A DNA stretch of 63,462 nucleotides, filler included, from Stramenopiles sp. TOSAG23-6 (GCA_900128565.1; 22 parts of 22 records of this genome joined end to end with filler, not necessarily neighbours in it), one strand, 5' to 3'. Numbered from the whole stretch's first letter, positions 33,643-45,627 are shown. Numbers and translations: made by a program. Notes: generated by a model not told the origin, from the sequence alone.

Positions 33643-34450
33643 AATTGTCTTATCGTCACTTCCACTCACAATATTTAGAGAATCTGGAGAAAAATGAGCA
33701 GATCGAACCCAATTTGAATGACCCAAAAGAGAGCATTTAAAACGCCTAGATGGCATTCCCCATACCATGATACTTTTATCATCACCAGCAGTGAGCATAT
33801 CTTTTCCATCGGCTGAAAAATTAACACAACGAACTGCCCTTGTATTTTGGAAAAATATTTCAAAATTTTTTTTTTTTTTTTTGAAAATTTGTTAGGTACA
33901 AAATTTCGTACGAAACCAAAAAAAAAAAAAATTTGAAATATTTTTGTAAAAAAAAAATAAAACATATCTGCATGAACTTTCGCACTTGTGTGTTTTCCTT
34001 GTACTGTTGGTCTCCAGACTCGAACGGTACGATCTGCTGAAGCAGTGGCAAGATTATTTCCATTTGGTGAAAATGAACAGTCAAATATATCACCGTGGTG
34101 CCCCGTGTAACGATACGCTCTCAATTGTGACTTAAAGTTCCAAACCATGACAGTTGCATCTGAGGAACAGGAGGCTAATTGTTTCATTGAAGGAGAAAAA
34201 CTGAGACCATTGACACGTCCTTTATGACCACGAAACGTTTTCTATAGTGTGTTTGATTTGTATATAAATGGTATAGAGTAAATGAATGTCGTATATATAA
34301 ATATAAGGGGAGAAAGAAGAAGGAGGGAGAAAAAAAACACAATTTCTATTTCAATGAAGGAAACAATGTCTATAGAATATAATGTACCTCTAATTTAGGA
34401 GCAGATATCAATGGCATCGAGTATAAAGAATTATCATCAGACAATGTCAT
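33643..34450 (-). CDS. POC1: POC1 centriolar WD40 protein, N-terminal exons (34450-34388, 34241-33968, 33838-33643)
   Basis: [37 protein letters not shown] and [13 protein letters not shown]. Confidence 0.9.
33839..33967 (-). other. Family intron, AT-AG, 129 nt
   Basis: gcAG|ATATGTTTT..CCAAAATACAAG|gg gca; restores [13 protein letters not shown]. Confidence 0.75.
34242..34387 (-). other. Ordinary GT-AG intron lacking family motifs, 146 nt
   Basis: gag|GTACATT..CACTATAG|aaa acg; joins PKLE-KTFRGH. Confidence 0.75.
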
Positions 34451-34847
34451 AGTAGCAAAACGAGATATTCTACTTGAACAATAGTGTTATCGATGATGAT
34501 TCGATTTCTTCACACAGTTTGAGAGATAAAAATATCTTGCTTTTTTCTCTTTTTTCGAAAAAATTACAAAATTTACCTTTTTTTTTTTTTTCGCGCGAGT
34601 TGCATTTTGAATTTTTGAATTTCGAATTTATTTTGTCTTGAGAAACAAAAGAGGAAGAAAAATTCAAATTTTGTCTTTCCTGTTACATCTTTTGAAATTG
34701 AAAATTTCAAATTTTTTGTGTTTTTTTCTCTCGTTGTTTCTGTGCTTTTGTTTCTGTCGAGAGAAGAAGCTTCCGAGAAAGTTCTTTTTTGATCTTTATT
34801 CCTCTTCGAAGTACACATTATATATTGAATTCATCAAACATCAAGGT

Positions 34848-35945
34848 ATGGTATATGTGTATATTGTTTTATTTCAATGCATAGTAGTATGCTCAGCACA
34901 AATGCATGCCTTTCGTCTTCATCATCGGAAGCATCCAGCCGAGAGAATTTCACTCCTGCCTGCTTTAGTTCCTGTTCCTGTTGATGAGGACGTTTTACAA
35001 AATGATTCTTCAGATTCTTTTATTGATATATCATCGTCATTGAATAGAAAATCAAGAAAATCAAAAAATACAGAAAATACAGAAAATACAGAAAATACAA
35101 AGAACACAAAGGATAGTACAACAACAATGAATACAAATTCAACATTGAATACAAATTCAACGTATACATTTAATACAAATTCAAACCCAACTAACTCAAC
35201 AGATATGGACAAACATTATGAGAATACAAACTATACAATGTTAATGACAAAACCAACTGTTCAAAATAATACAGATTCAAGTATTTTTTCACAAATTGAG
35301 AATATATTTCATGGACAATTTAGTAAAGTTCAAGAATTACTTATGAAAGTAGTTAATCCAAGTGAATCACAGTTTAATGATGTACTAGATGAAACAAATA
35401 ATTCAAATAATTCAACAATAAGTAAAGATATTTTTTCAAATCAATCATCTCTACGACATATACCACCACATGAACAAGAAGAATTGAACAAAAAAATTGC
35501 ACTTGAAAAAGTTAGACAATGTTTTGATGAAGAATATGGAAACCCTAGTAGTACAAATAGTCGAGTCACAACCCTAGTAACCCTTCCTACAAATGATGAA
35601 AAAGATGAAAAAGATGAAAAAAACGAAAACAAAAAAAATCCAAAACAAAAAAATATAACAAATGTATTTCGTCAATTTCTTGAAAAAGATGTGATAGATG
35701 TAGGACTTGCTACAAAACTTTGTACAATTTTAAAAGAGATAAAAATTCCAAATGATGTTTTTTTACAATTTCATCGTGGGAAAAAAAATGAAATCATTGA
35801 AATGGAGGAGTCAAAACACACGAAATCTGAAGAAAATGTGAAATCTCAAGATATTTTAGTTGATTTTTATACGAGACAAAAAAATGAAATATTTTTATGT
35901 TTGTGTTATCCACAAAATTCTAATGGTAATAATGGTACTGTATGA
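34848..35945 (+). CDS. Secreted low-complexity hypothetical protein
   Basis: Signal-peptide-like MVYVYIVLFQCIVVCSA followed by Asn/Thr-rich repeats. Confidence 0.6.
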   Translation: MVYVYIVLFQCIVVCSAQMHAFRLHHRKHPAERISLLPALVPVPVDEDVLQNDSSDSFIDISSSLNRKSRKSKNTENTENTENTKNTKDSTTTMNTNSTLNTNSTYTFNTNSNPTNSTDMDKHYENTNYTMLMTKPTVQNNTDSSIFSQIENIFHGQFSKVQELLMKVVNPSESQFNDVLDETNNSNNSTISKDIFSNQSSLRHIPPHEQEELNKKIALEKVRQCFDEEYGNPSSTNSRVTTLVTLPTNDEKDEKDEKNENKKNPKQKNITNVFRQFLEKDVIDVGLATKLCTILKEIKIPNDVFLQFHRGKKNEIIEMEESKHTKSEENVKSQDILVDFYTRQKNEIFLCLCYPQNSNGNNGTV

Positions 35946-36211
35946 GTTAGATTAGTTTTATATGTGTTTTGATGTATAAAATTCGTATTTATTATTTTTA
36001 GCTTTTTTTTAGACTATATTTGAAAAATAAACACAAAATTTTAATTTTGTGAAAAAGTTGAAAGCCAAAGTTGAAACTGTTTTATTTCGTCATCAAATCG
36101 TCATCCTTTTCTTCCTTTTCTTCCTTTTCTCCCCTCTCTCTCAACTGGCAACTGCACTCAAAATTTCAACTGAAAACAGTTTAGTTTTTAAAATTGTGTA
36201 GAAGAAACACA

Positions 36212-37339
36212 ATGAGTTGTTTTTGTTGTTGTTGTGGCCCGGATAAAAATACTGTATATATCTCGGAAAGTGGTTCATCGAGTATATGTAAAGATACATT
36301 TGGTACCAGGTTTTGTTTAAACCACATGGATAATAGACTATGTAGATTTATCACTCCACAACTGTTTAATAAAATCTTAAAAGACGCTGACAATAAAACA
36401 AGGCAAGCAACCAAATGTTTTTTACCTACATCACTCATTTTTTTCATAATTGGGATTACTGTTGGAATTATTCTATTAACCAAGTATGAGCCGTATAAGA
36501 CAAAATGTACTGCTCCAATGTCAAATTGTACAAACTTTCAGTTGCCTAACGGATCTGACGGTAAAACTCCAAGTTGTTGCAACTACTGGTGCTGTGAGAT
36601 GTTAGATAGTAGACAATATACACTGGATACTGGAAAATCTCTGAACCGAAAAACTATAGATCCTGTATTACAAAAGAAAATTGATAATGAGATCTGTGTA
36701 GCTACGGTAAAAACGGAAGACGAATATTGTAGCTGTACTTCAGGAGAACATAATCGCGATCATCGTTGCGGTGTGGTTACAGTTGAAGGTGAACACGTTG
36801 TACACGAGGAAAAACATGGAGCACTTTTGGGTATTGGTATTACTCTCCTAACACTTGCATTTGCTTACCCATTCTTCGCATATATATACTTTATAATTTG
36901 TAAAAAGAGAAGCGCAGCTATTTTAGCCTTCACAGATGGATTTAGAGGCTGTGGCGTGAACCTTTCTATTGAGTGGAAACAAGCGCGATTATGTAGCCCC
37001 GCCTACATCAAAGTGAAAATACCACCACATGATGCACATGGTCCAGTGACACATCCACCGCCTGGAGGTGCCTATGTTAGTGTATATCCGATACAATCTC
37101 AAGTACAAAATCATGTTATTCACGCTCAACCAATTCTTCCACAACAACAGTTAACTCAACATACCGGATTTCAACCACAAATACAACCACAAATAGCTCA
37201 ACCTGTATTTCAACAAGCTCATCCGGCATTGCAACAATCAATTACACAAGCACAACCGATGTATTCNCCCNGTATGGAAAAANCTCTGANGTTTTTCGTT
37301 AACACTAACACTATGAAATTTCATTCTAAAAAAATATAA
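36212..37339 (+). CDS. Two-TM membrane protein with Cys-rich loop and Gln/Pro-rich tail
   Basis: MSCFCCCC start, two hydrophobic helices flanking a Cys-rich region; Ns near the 3' end. Confidence 0.65.
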   Translation: MSCFCCCCGPDKNTVYISESGSSSICKDTFGTRFCLNHMDNRLCRFITPQLFNKILKDADNKTRQATKCFLPTSLIFFIIGITVGIILLTKYEPYKTKCTAPMSNCTNFQLPNGSDGKTPSCCNYWCCEMLDSRQYTLDTGKSLNRKTIDPVLQKKIDNEICVATVKTEDEYCSCTSGEHNRDHRCGVVTVEGEHVVHEEKHGALLGIGITLLTLAFAYPFFAYIYFIICKKRSAAILAFTDGFRGCGVNLSIEWKQARLCSPAYIKVKIPPHDAHGPVTHPPPGGAYVSVYPIQSQVQNHVIHAQPILPQQQLTQHTGFQPQIQPQIAQPVFQQAHPALQQSITQAQPMYXPXMEKXLXFFVNTNTMKFHSKKI

Positions 37340-37653
37340 TGTAAATCTAAAAGAATAAAACTACGTATAAACTAAAAGAATACAACTACATGATTGTTTT
37401 TCAGTATTTCTTGAATTATCCAAGTATTCATTTTATTATATGGTAAATGTAATAGTATATATAGAAGTTTATAATATAGAATACGTAGTATATATAGTCT
37501 CTTTAAGTAAGTGTTGTCTAACATAAGTAAGTGTTGTCTAACATTTCGTTTTCCTCAAGTGATCTCGTAATATAAATAACACTGCAACTACAGTCTAGAT
37601 ACGTACGTGAATCAAAAACTTCATAATTGACGTGTTGGAGGTTGAGATAAATA

Positions 37654-38535
37654 CTATATACGCCACGTACTACGCCGACTTTCATTTACTTTCCCTGGTG
37701 TAATTGGCGACAATGATCCTCTATTCTCCTGAAATTTGCTCTTGTAACGACGGCTACTGAAACGCGTGCGACGACGTTCTCCCATTGGACTGTTAGGCAT
37801 TGTTTTCGGAGAAATTGGTACTCCTTCAACTCGTTGCCTTAATGGTGGTGTGCTATGACGCAGTCTCCTCACGGACAGAACTTCTTCCTGTTTTCTCAAT
37901 GGACTTGTTTTCTCTGCTCTTCTTTTCGCTTCAATAAGCTCTTGATTGACGCGACGTATAATCTCTTTTTGGTTTTTTAATCTTTCTTCATTCTTTCTCC
38001 ATGAAGATTTACTCAAAGGCATATATTCATGTGATCCACCAGGTCCTAACGAAGATTTTTCGAACAATCTCTCAATAGCACTTCGCCGTGTTGGTGTTCC
38101 TGCGTAGGCTTTTCTTGCTGTCGACGACGGTTCGGTGGAGAGAATATTATCAAATTGTCGTAGAAGTTTCTCATAACCTTGTGATTGCACGATATAATCT
38201 TCATTATTTTGTTCCTCTGGTAATTCTTTTCTTGCGGTTGACGTACTTGAAGGTATAATCCCTTCGTAATTACCTGCCCGTAGAACTTGAAGAAGTGCGC
38301 CTAGTTTTTTATGAAAATTATTATATGCTTCCTCTTCTTGTGGTTGATTATCCCGTGTAAAAATAATGAGTTGTTTGGGATCCTGAAACGTTTCAGGGCT
38401 CTTCTTTAATATTTCATAGAAGTTAGGTAAAGTGGCACGGGAAGTACTCGAAGTAGTGGATCCTTGCATCCCCTCACATTCTAATATTATGATTTCTATT
38501 ATAGTGAGTAAAAATAACAATTTGTAGAATATCAT
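37654..38535 (-). CDS. Secreted hypothetical protein with basic C-terminus
   Basis: 293-aa ORF with an N-terminal signal peptide. Confidence 0.6.
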   Translation of the reverse strand: MIFYKLLFLLTIIEIIILECEGMQGSTTSSTSRATLPNFYEILKKSPETFQDPKQLIIFTRDNQPQEEEAYNNFHKKLGALLQVLRAGNYEGIIPSSTSTARKELPEEQNNEDYIVQSQGYEKLLRQFDNILSTEPSSTARKAYAGTPTRRSAIERLFEKSSLGPGGSHEYMPLSKSSWRKNEERLKNQKEIIRRVNQELIEAKRRAEKTSPLRKQEEVLSVRRLRHSTPPLRQRVEGVPISPKTMPNSPMGERRRTRFSSRRYKSKFQENRGSLSPITPGKVNESRRSTWRI

Positions 38536-39120
38536 GGAGGAACTTCTTTTTTGTTTATCGGTATGACATTAATATTAAATATAATGATGTTTGTTTAGAA
38601 ATGCCTCAATGCGAATGACAATTATATACTATTTTTTAATATTACGGTATCCAAAATTCCAAATAGAAAATACAAAAAAATGTGTTACAAGATTTGGAGA
38701 TTTTTAGAAAGACAGCGAGGAACTCAATCCTCAAAATTTAATCGATCGAAATCAAATCAGTACCGGGTAATTTTCGTAAAAATTTTTCGAGCGATAAAAA
38801 TAAAATTGCGTGACCAAAAAAAATACTACAATAATATCACAGAACACGCCAATTATTACATTTCATCCCCTGAACCCCTGATGATCTAATTCATCAAAAG
38901 TAAGGTTGTTTCATTGTGAATATAGACAATATATATATTACTGTTTCGGATTAGGAAACCGTATAGTGAAAGAACTGTTCGTCTTTCATTGCGTATACAA
39001 TATATTGTAGAACTACACAATCTGAGTCCATCTTGGTCGAAGAATTACCTTCTCTATACTACACTATACGTAGAATAAAAAACATAGTTTCAAACGTCTG
39101 ATTGCACCTCTATATATACA

Positions 39121-39397
39121 ATGTCAAATAAAGTAGACTCTGATTTTACTTCAACAACCTCATCGTATAAGAGAAAGCATAGTAAACCAGTTACTTATGA
39201 AGGAAAAGCTAACGTGGCTCGTAGTGAATGGCGTGACGTCAATCGCGACAAAGCTGTTCGTGTTCATGTTATATCAAATATTATTACTATTTTGCAGTCA
39301 CGCGACTTTTTTGGTGAAGATAGTCGGAGTATTTCAAAACAGCTTATACTACAAATAGAAAAAAGATTGTACTGTAGTGCTCAAAACTTAAACGAAT
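39121..39397 (+). CDS. KIX-like domain protein, first exon
   Basis: EWR...RVHVISNIITILQ...QIEKRLYCSAQNLNE(Y); followed by the donor AT|GTATA of a family intron. Confidence 0.6.
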
Positions 39398-39652
39398 GTA
39401 TATTATATTTTTTTTTTTACAAAAAAATCGAATTTATTTTTCATACGAAATTTTGTACCTAANNNNNNNNNNNNNNNNNNNNNNNNNNNNNNNNNNNNNN
39501 NNNNNNTTAATTAATTAANNNNNNNNNNNNNNNNNNNNNNNNNNNNNNNNNNNNNNNNNNNNTTTTTTTGTATGAATTTTTTTTTCGTACGAAATTTTGT
39601 ACCTAACAAAAAAATTTAGATTTTTTTTTCAAAATACTTTTCCAAAATACAT

Positions 39653-40070
39653 ACCCTACAATGTTGAAAGACAAGGATGGAAATAAAGTTTGTGTTGTAC
39701 AAGCCTGGGCTTATGCACACTTGGTCGGACAAGTTACCGTCTATCTTGATTATAACACTGGCATAGTGTCAAAATGTATTGGGAAACCAAGAATACCATA
39801 TATTAATAAGAAAATGGAGGTTTCAAATTTAACTAACTATGGCAAATGTAGTAATGATAATGGTAATAAATTGTCTTGTGAAACAAAACGAGGAGTTACA
39901 TCTATTCGAAAATGTTTGTACGTTTTCATCATTCATTTCAAATGTTCAAATTCAAATGTTCAAATTCAAATGTTCAACTTCAAATGTTCAACTTCAAATG
40001 TTAAAATTCAAATGTTAAAATTCAAATGTTTTTTTTTTTTGTAGTAAATTTGGTACCTAACAAATTTTTT

Positions 40071-40110
<40 letters not shown>

Positions 40111-41095
40111 TTGCCAAAGGTAATTCCGACGCAACCAATGCATTACAAGAATATTATAAAGAAGCAAATAAATTAAAAAAAAAGGTAATTGCAAATATTG
40201 AATCTACCCTTTGTTTAGAGAGATATCCAGGAGGTAATTATGGTACATTTTGTGACGAGGATGATTCATCTTGGTCACAAGGAGGCGACGCTTGTCAATT
40301 TGTTACCCGATCTATGTACGTCATCATTATGAACTTCATTTTATTTTTTTTAATGTCAAATTCTATACCCAACAAAAAAGTTGAATGGAAAATATTTTTT
40401 CATAATATATGTTAGCCGTTACACCAACTGCTGATTTGTCTATTCAAAATAGTGGTGGTTGTAGGTCAGATATAGAAAAGGGTAACTTTACATATGATGA
40501 TGCTTACAAAATCTTACCCTTTAGTAATACACTTGTCATTATTGAAATGACAGGAAGTGAAATTGTAAAATTGTTAAATGAGGCTGTGTACAGTCCAATA
40601 ACACGCCCTGCTAGTTATCCTTATGGTTCAGGTCTACGATTTCATACAAATATGTCACGTAATTTTGGAAAACGTATTTATAACGTACAAGTAAACTCAC
40701 AACTAAAAAGTGATTGGGTTAGTCTTGATATATCAAAAGTCTATAAAGTTGTAACGAGTAGTTATTTACGAAAAGGAAAAGATGGATTTTCCACATTTTC
40801 TTTGATTCCAAAAGATAAAGTTGAGGATACATATGTAGAATTAGTTGAAGGATTAATTAAATACGCGGAAACTCTTCATTCTCATGGAGAAACAATTAAA
40901 CCAACTCCTTCAAGTGAGAGAAGTACACAATTGTATATTGATATTAGTGGATGCAATCATTCACAACGTCAATCACCAAAAGATTGTGATCTTGTTTTGA
41001 GAGCTTCAAATAGAAACAAATCTGCATTGATATTACCCGGATTTGTTTTTTCTTTTCTTAATGTAATTGTTTCTTTGTTTTACATTATAAAATAA
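39653..41095 (+). CDS. 5'-nucleotidase (UshA/CD73 family), C-terminal exons; possible GPI anchor
   Basis: YPT..VVQAWAY..VG, IQNSGGCRSDI, LPFSNTLVIIEMTGSEI, YPYGSGLRF, YLRKGKDGF and a hydrophobic C-terminus; introns ~39918-40115 and 40316-40410. Confidence 0.9.
40316..40410 (+). other. Family intron, GT-AT, 95 nt
   Basis: tctAT|GTACG..ATACCCAAC..CATAATATAT|g tta. Confidence 0.78.
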
Positions 41096-41201
41096 AAAAT
41101 AAAATAAATAAAAAACTAGAGAATTAGTAAGTGTCTTTGATTATTATGTATAAAACCTATACTATTATGTAAGATAATTTTTTTTTTGATTTATTATTAA
41201 A

Positions 41202-42896
41202 TTACAAATTGTACTGAGCTTTGAATGCTGAACGCCAATGGGAAAGCCACGATTTGTACAACAAGTGCATTTTCATTGCTGGCGAATTTGATGTCATTGA
41301 GACTTTTCGTCCTTCTTTTATGAAAAGCCTATTCATGTTTGCGTCAACTGTTTTGATAAATGCCTCTCCAAGTGTGCGTGGATTGAAATAACTTGTCCGG
41401 AAGCGCCCAAATGAACTTACATTTTCTAAAAGCTCGTCATTTCCGACGAGCAGCATGTGAAACTGACGAAACGATTTTAGATTTTCAGACTCAACACCAT
41501 TATTTGAATACTGACCAAATTCCCAGTGATATAGATCATGTGCATGTATACCCTCCCTGTTATATTCTTTGTTATATGCCTTGCACTTTGCTGTTGCTTT
41601 TTCCAAATCTGGTTCATCTTTATCAGCATCAGTGTAGCATATATTCGTACCCCCTTCATCAGGGCGACATCCATTGTACCCAAAAGCGCTAAAGGCTCGC
41701 CATCTTAATTCATCTGTGATTGGTGGCAGTATAGAAGGTAGCATAGCAAGAACAACGACATCTCTTGGATTGTTCCATCCATTTGGCATGCTAGGAACTG
41801 CACCATATTTTGCGACAAAATCAACTGTGGTAAGTTCACCATAGCTGATGTATAACTCTTGACCTGCTTGTATAGTCCGAAGTGCCGAGACACCGGAAAC
41901 AGAGAGATCACAATCATTTCTATAGACACTTCCGTGTAAGAATGGCCATTTTCCAGAATGTATCTCTACATTACATTTTGGATGGCCAGTAGGTACTCCA
42001 TTGAACATTTCTACAAGTGGTACAATTTCTGGGCCACTTTTTCCTTGATGAGACCGAGATGATACCACAGCACTTGCGCGAAGAAATGTTGTAAACAGAC
42101 CATCTTCAGCGTTTATGTCCTCGGTAAATAAGGCGAACACACCCTTTTGACGCATTACAGGTTCCACAACTAGTGAAAATATTTCCTTCATGCCTTTGCG
42201 TTGAACACAAACTTGTTGGTACGCTGGGAGGCCTCTAAAAAGTTCAACTTCTTCCTCTGTCCAAAATAAGGGATTTTCACGCAAATCTTTGGGCCACGTT
42301 GCCGCCACTAGCGCGTGGTTAGCATTATTGTAATGTGGGGAATTGGTACAATGTTCGGTATTACGTGCAGCGGCTGAAAGTCCGTGCATACAAATCACAA
42401 TCAAGTCTAGTTCTTCAGGGGTAACCAATTGAGAAGTCTTTGTCATAACATTATTTACGCCAATACTATATGGATATTTTTCCGTACGTGCCTGTCGAAT
42501 ATTGGTAATTACGTCCATACACGTTTTATCCTTTGGGGCATTCTTCTTTGCCGTGACGCGAGCACTCTCCGGGACTACCAGGAGAATCTCCCCTTCACCT
42601 ATTTTTGCATTGGCCTTGATACAGATTTGTCCACTTTTAGATTCACAAAATGAAAGCTTTGCATTACACGTGAAACCGACACTGGGATAACGCTCTTCCA
42701 TAGAGAGACGAAGCTGGTTTAGTGCTTTTGTACGCCACCCTACGATTATATTCGTCGGTTTGACTAAAATTTTTTTTCCTGTGGATAGAACACATTTAAA
42801 ACGTTCCCCTTCTGACGAAAGGATCGTACAAGCGGTGCCATTGAGTTGATTTGAACGCACTAGACCATCAATCGTGGCAAAGTCTCCCACTCGCAT
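41202..42896 (-). CDS. SET-domain lysine methyltransferase (Rubisco-LSMT/SETD3/SETD6-like)
   Basis: I.EGEILLVVP, PLFWTEEE, VVSSRS, IVPLVEMFN and IQAGQELYISYG..FVAKYG. Confidence 0.82.
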   Translation of the reverse strand: MRVGDFATIDGLVRSNQLNGTACTILSSEGERFKCVLSTGKKILVKPTNIIVGWRTKALNQLRLSMEERYPSVGFTCNAKLSFCESKSGQICIKANAKIGEGEILLVVPESARVTAKKNAPKDKTCMDVITNIRQARTEKYPYSIGVNNVMTKTSQLVTPEELDLIVICMHGLSAAARNTEHCTNSPHYNNANHALVAATWPKDLRENPLFWTEEEVELFRGLPAYQQVCVQRKGMKEIFSLVVEPVMRQKGVFALFTEDINAEDGLFTTFLRASAVVSSRSHQGKSGPEIVPLVEMFNGVPTGHPKCNVEIHSGKWPFLHGSVYRNDCDLSVSGVSALRTIQAGQELYISYGELTTVDFVAKYGAVPSMPNGWNNPRDVVVLAMLPSILPPITDELRWRAFSAFGYNGCRPDEGGTNICYTDADKDEPDLEKATAKCKAYNKEYNREGIHAHDLYHWEFGQYSNNGVESENLKSFRQFHMLLVGNDELLENVSSFGRFRTSYFNPRTLGEAFIKTVDANMNRLFIKEGRKVSMTSNSPAMKMHLLYKSWLSHWRSAFKAQYNL

Positions 42897-43353
42897 TGCC
42901 TATTTGGATGGATAAGATCACTAGAAAAATAAGTCTACTGAAAAAGATACCAAGAGTTAATCCGTGCGAAGTTCTTGACAATTGCGAAACAATAGTATTT
43001 CGCAAGTCGATCGCGAAGAAAGCGATTTTTTAGAGTCTGACAGACTCTGACTCTGACAGACACCAATTTAAATTCGAAATTGCAAAAAATTTAGGTAAAC
43101 CGGGTAACAACTTGAGTCAAAGTGACAGTTTCAATAGCAAATTTTATCACTTTTGTTTCATCTTTAGCTCCTGCTAATTAACATTCGTAGTATAGTAGAG
43201 TAAGCGTATATATAGAATCAAATACATAAGTTCAAGATCATTTTGACCTGACCTTGGAGACGATGCCCGGGGAGGCCAAAAGCCTAANNNNNNNNNNNNN
43301 NNNNNNNNNNNNNNNNNNNNNNNNNNNNNNNNNNNNNNNNNNNNNNNNNNNCG

Positions 43354-44244
43354 TCAACGACGGGTGGAGGTTGGGAATGCTTTGAGTGCAAATCGAAGTG
43401 TTCAGCACTAGCAAGTGCTTGTCCTTCCTGTTTTAATAGCCGCATAGTTTCGGATAAGGCTCGCGCAGCTGCCGAAGAATTAAATAAGGGACGTATGCAT
43501 ACACCAGTCAAGCATATACAGTGTATGGGATCTAGTGTAGACAAAAACGGTCGCCCTGTAACAACTTGCAGTTGGCCTGCAACTATAGCGTGTTCAACAT
43601 GTCAAAAACCTATGTGTAAACTTTGTTTTGACGACCATGTTCTTCATCCTCGTTTTAGAAAACACGAATCTTGTGAAGTGAGTGCGCTTACAAAACTGAA
43701 AGAAGAGACAAAAGATATTGAAACACAATTACGTAGACGACAAAAACGGCATGAAGAAGAAGCTGAAAAAGAAGAAGAGGAACGAGTAAAACGTAATTTA
43801 TTAGCCATTGCAGATTTTTATGAAGGAGAAGATACAAAGAACGTACTTGTATTACGTGCTCGTGATGTAAAAAGGCGAAAAGGTTACGTTACGATAGATT
43901 ATCCAACAACTGGGCGTCAATATATCGGCGAAATATCTCTAGAATCAAAACGCATTGGATTGAAAATTCCTGAGGGTTATGGAGAGCTTTTTGAATCTCA
44001 GGAAAAAGGAGGACATGCAGTGTATGAAGGTTTATGGCGTCAAGGAGAGATGTCTGGGAAAGGGCGTTTTTATTTTGATGACGACTTTTGGTTTGATGGT
44101 TATTTTTTTAATGGTAAAAAACAAGGGCAAGGGGAATTAGTACGAAAATTAGAAAAGGCGGATGATAATGGATTTACAGAAGAACGTGTTATTCCATTTT
44201 TTAATTGTCGTTTTATGTATTTTTGCTTGTTGTCGCAATGCTAA
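43354..44244 (+). CDS. Zinc-finger (RanBP2-like, B-box) plus MORN-repeat protein
   Basis: WECFEC..CPSC, CSTCQKPMCKLCFDDH and MORN repeats YEGLWRQGEMSGKG / FDGYFFNGKKQGQG; 3' end possibly chimeric. Confidence 0.72.
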   Translation, partial: STTGGGWECFECKSKCSALASACPSCFNSRIVSDKARAAAEELNKGRMHTPVKHIQCMGSSVDKNGRPVTTCSWPATIACSTCQKPMCKLCFDDHVLHPRFRKHESCEVSALTKLKEETKDIETQLRRRQKRHEEEAEKEEEERVKRNLLAIADFYEGEDTKNVLVLRARDVKRRKGYVTIDYPTTGRQYIGEISLESKRIGLKIPEGYGELFESQEKGGHAVYEGLWRQGEMSGKGRFYFDDDFWFDGYFFNGKKQGQGELVRKLEKADDNGFTEERVIPFFNCRFMYFCLLSQC

Positions 44245-45471
44245 ATTATCTGCTTTGAGTTCTTGTTGTATGACATACCCAGGATCTTTCATTTTCTCTG
44301 CATGTACAGCAAGAGCATTCACTTCTTCTGGAGGTTTCCAAAGTCCATAAGCAGGCCCAACTGGTTTGAGATCTTCCGGTGGTTGACCCGGTAATTGATA
44401 CACCCGTTCAAGTTCATCATTTCTTTGATCAAAGAAATCTTTTTCAGTGCAACCAGGAACTTCTGGTGTCCATTCAGATGCTGGAAGATACGAGTTCATT
44501 TTATCTTTATTGTAAGATGAACTTACATGACTTCTTCTAGTAGCAAATTCAAAATGTTGTGGTAGAGATAATGCAACATTAGGTGGTTTTTTCTTTTCTG
44601 TTTTCATTAATGTAGGAGGTATATCCTTATCCAAGTATGTTACCCCCATGTACCTCGTTCCAGGTCTTAATGTACCCTTTCGACGACGAAGAGCATATCC
44701 AGGACCATATTTTTCACCTCGTAGTATCTCTCGTGTAGATGGTCTATATCCTTTTTCTCCAGGTAACGGAGGATCCGAATAGATTCCATCATACTTGCTT
44801 GCTTTCTTTCCATAAAGACCATCCATTAACCGATTAGACTGCGCAAACTCGCGAAATGCAGTTTGTACAGTATTACGACGGTGTCGAAGATTCCCAAGTC
44901 GTCTTTGAAATGATGCAGAGCCGCTTCGTAATCATTTCACTTCTCTCTCTTGAATGACTCTATTACTGTCTCCTCTACGACTTGCACGCGCTGTTCTTGC
45001 CTCACGCATTACATCTTCTAAAACTCGTAAACTTTGATGACCACTATCGGGAGCTTGTGTAAGGTCAATCTTCCAGTTTTTTTCTTCCACATACCTTTTA
45101 TCCCGTCTTTTTTTCTTCTTCTTTCGTACATTACGTTTGACTCTATGAGTTGATTTTTCATTCAATACAATGTTTTCTTTCTTTTGTTTACTTTTATTTT
45201 TGGGGGAGGTAACATCTTCCTCGATTTCATTAACTGTTGGTAAACCTCCTGTTGATCTACTACTTACTGGGCGCATATTAATACCTGTCAAGTCTTGTTT
45301 TGAACGATTTCGACTACCTGGTCTACCTGATCTACTACCTGGTCTACCTGATCTACTACCTGATCTACCTGATTTACTACCTGGTCTACCTGATCTACTA
45401 CCTGATCTACCTGATCTACTACCTGGTCTACCTGATTTACTACCTGGTCTACCTGATTTACTACCTGGTCT
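44149..45471 (-). CDS. Hypothetical protein; one in-frame TGA at 44932-44934
   Basis: ORFs 44932-45291 and 44149-44826 are in the same frame, and the sequence between them is open. Confidence 0.5.
45313..45471. repeat. Minisatellite of CTACCTG(G/A)T units (21-bp higher-order period)
   Basis: Visible tandem array running into the contig end. Confidence 0.9.
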
Positions 45472-45627
45472 NNNNNNNNNNNNNNNNNNNNNNNNNNNNN
45501 NNNNNNNNNNNNNNNTTAATTAATTAANNNNNNNNNNNNNNNNNNNNNNNNNNNNNNNNNNNNNNNNNNNNTCGTACGAAATTTTGTACCTAACGATTTT
45601 TTTTTGAAATATTTTTCCAAAATACAG

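Noticed and set aside
44149-44244. Tail-to-tail overlap of two coding ORFs
   Set aside because: Both proteins lose plausible sequence at about 44220-44240, so a chimeric or deleted junction is more likely than true overlapping genes.
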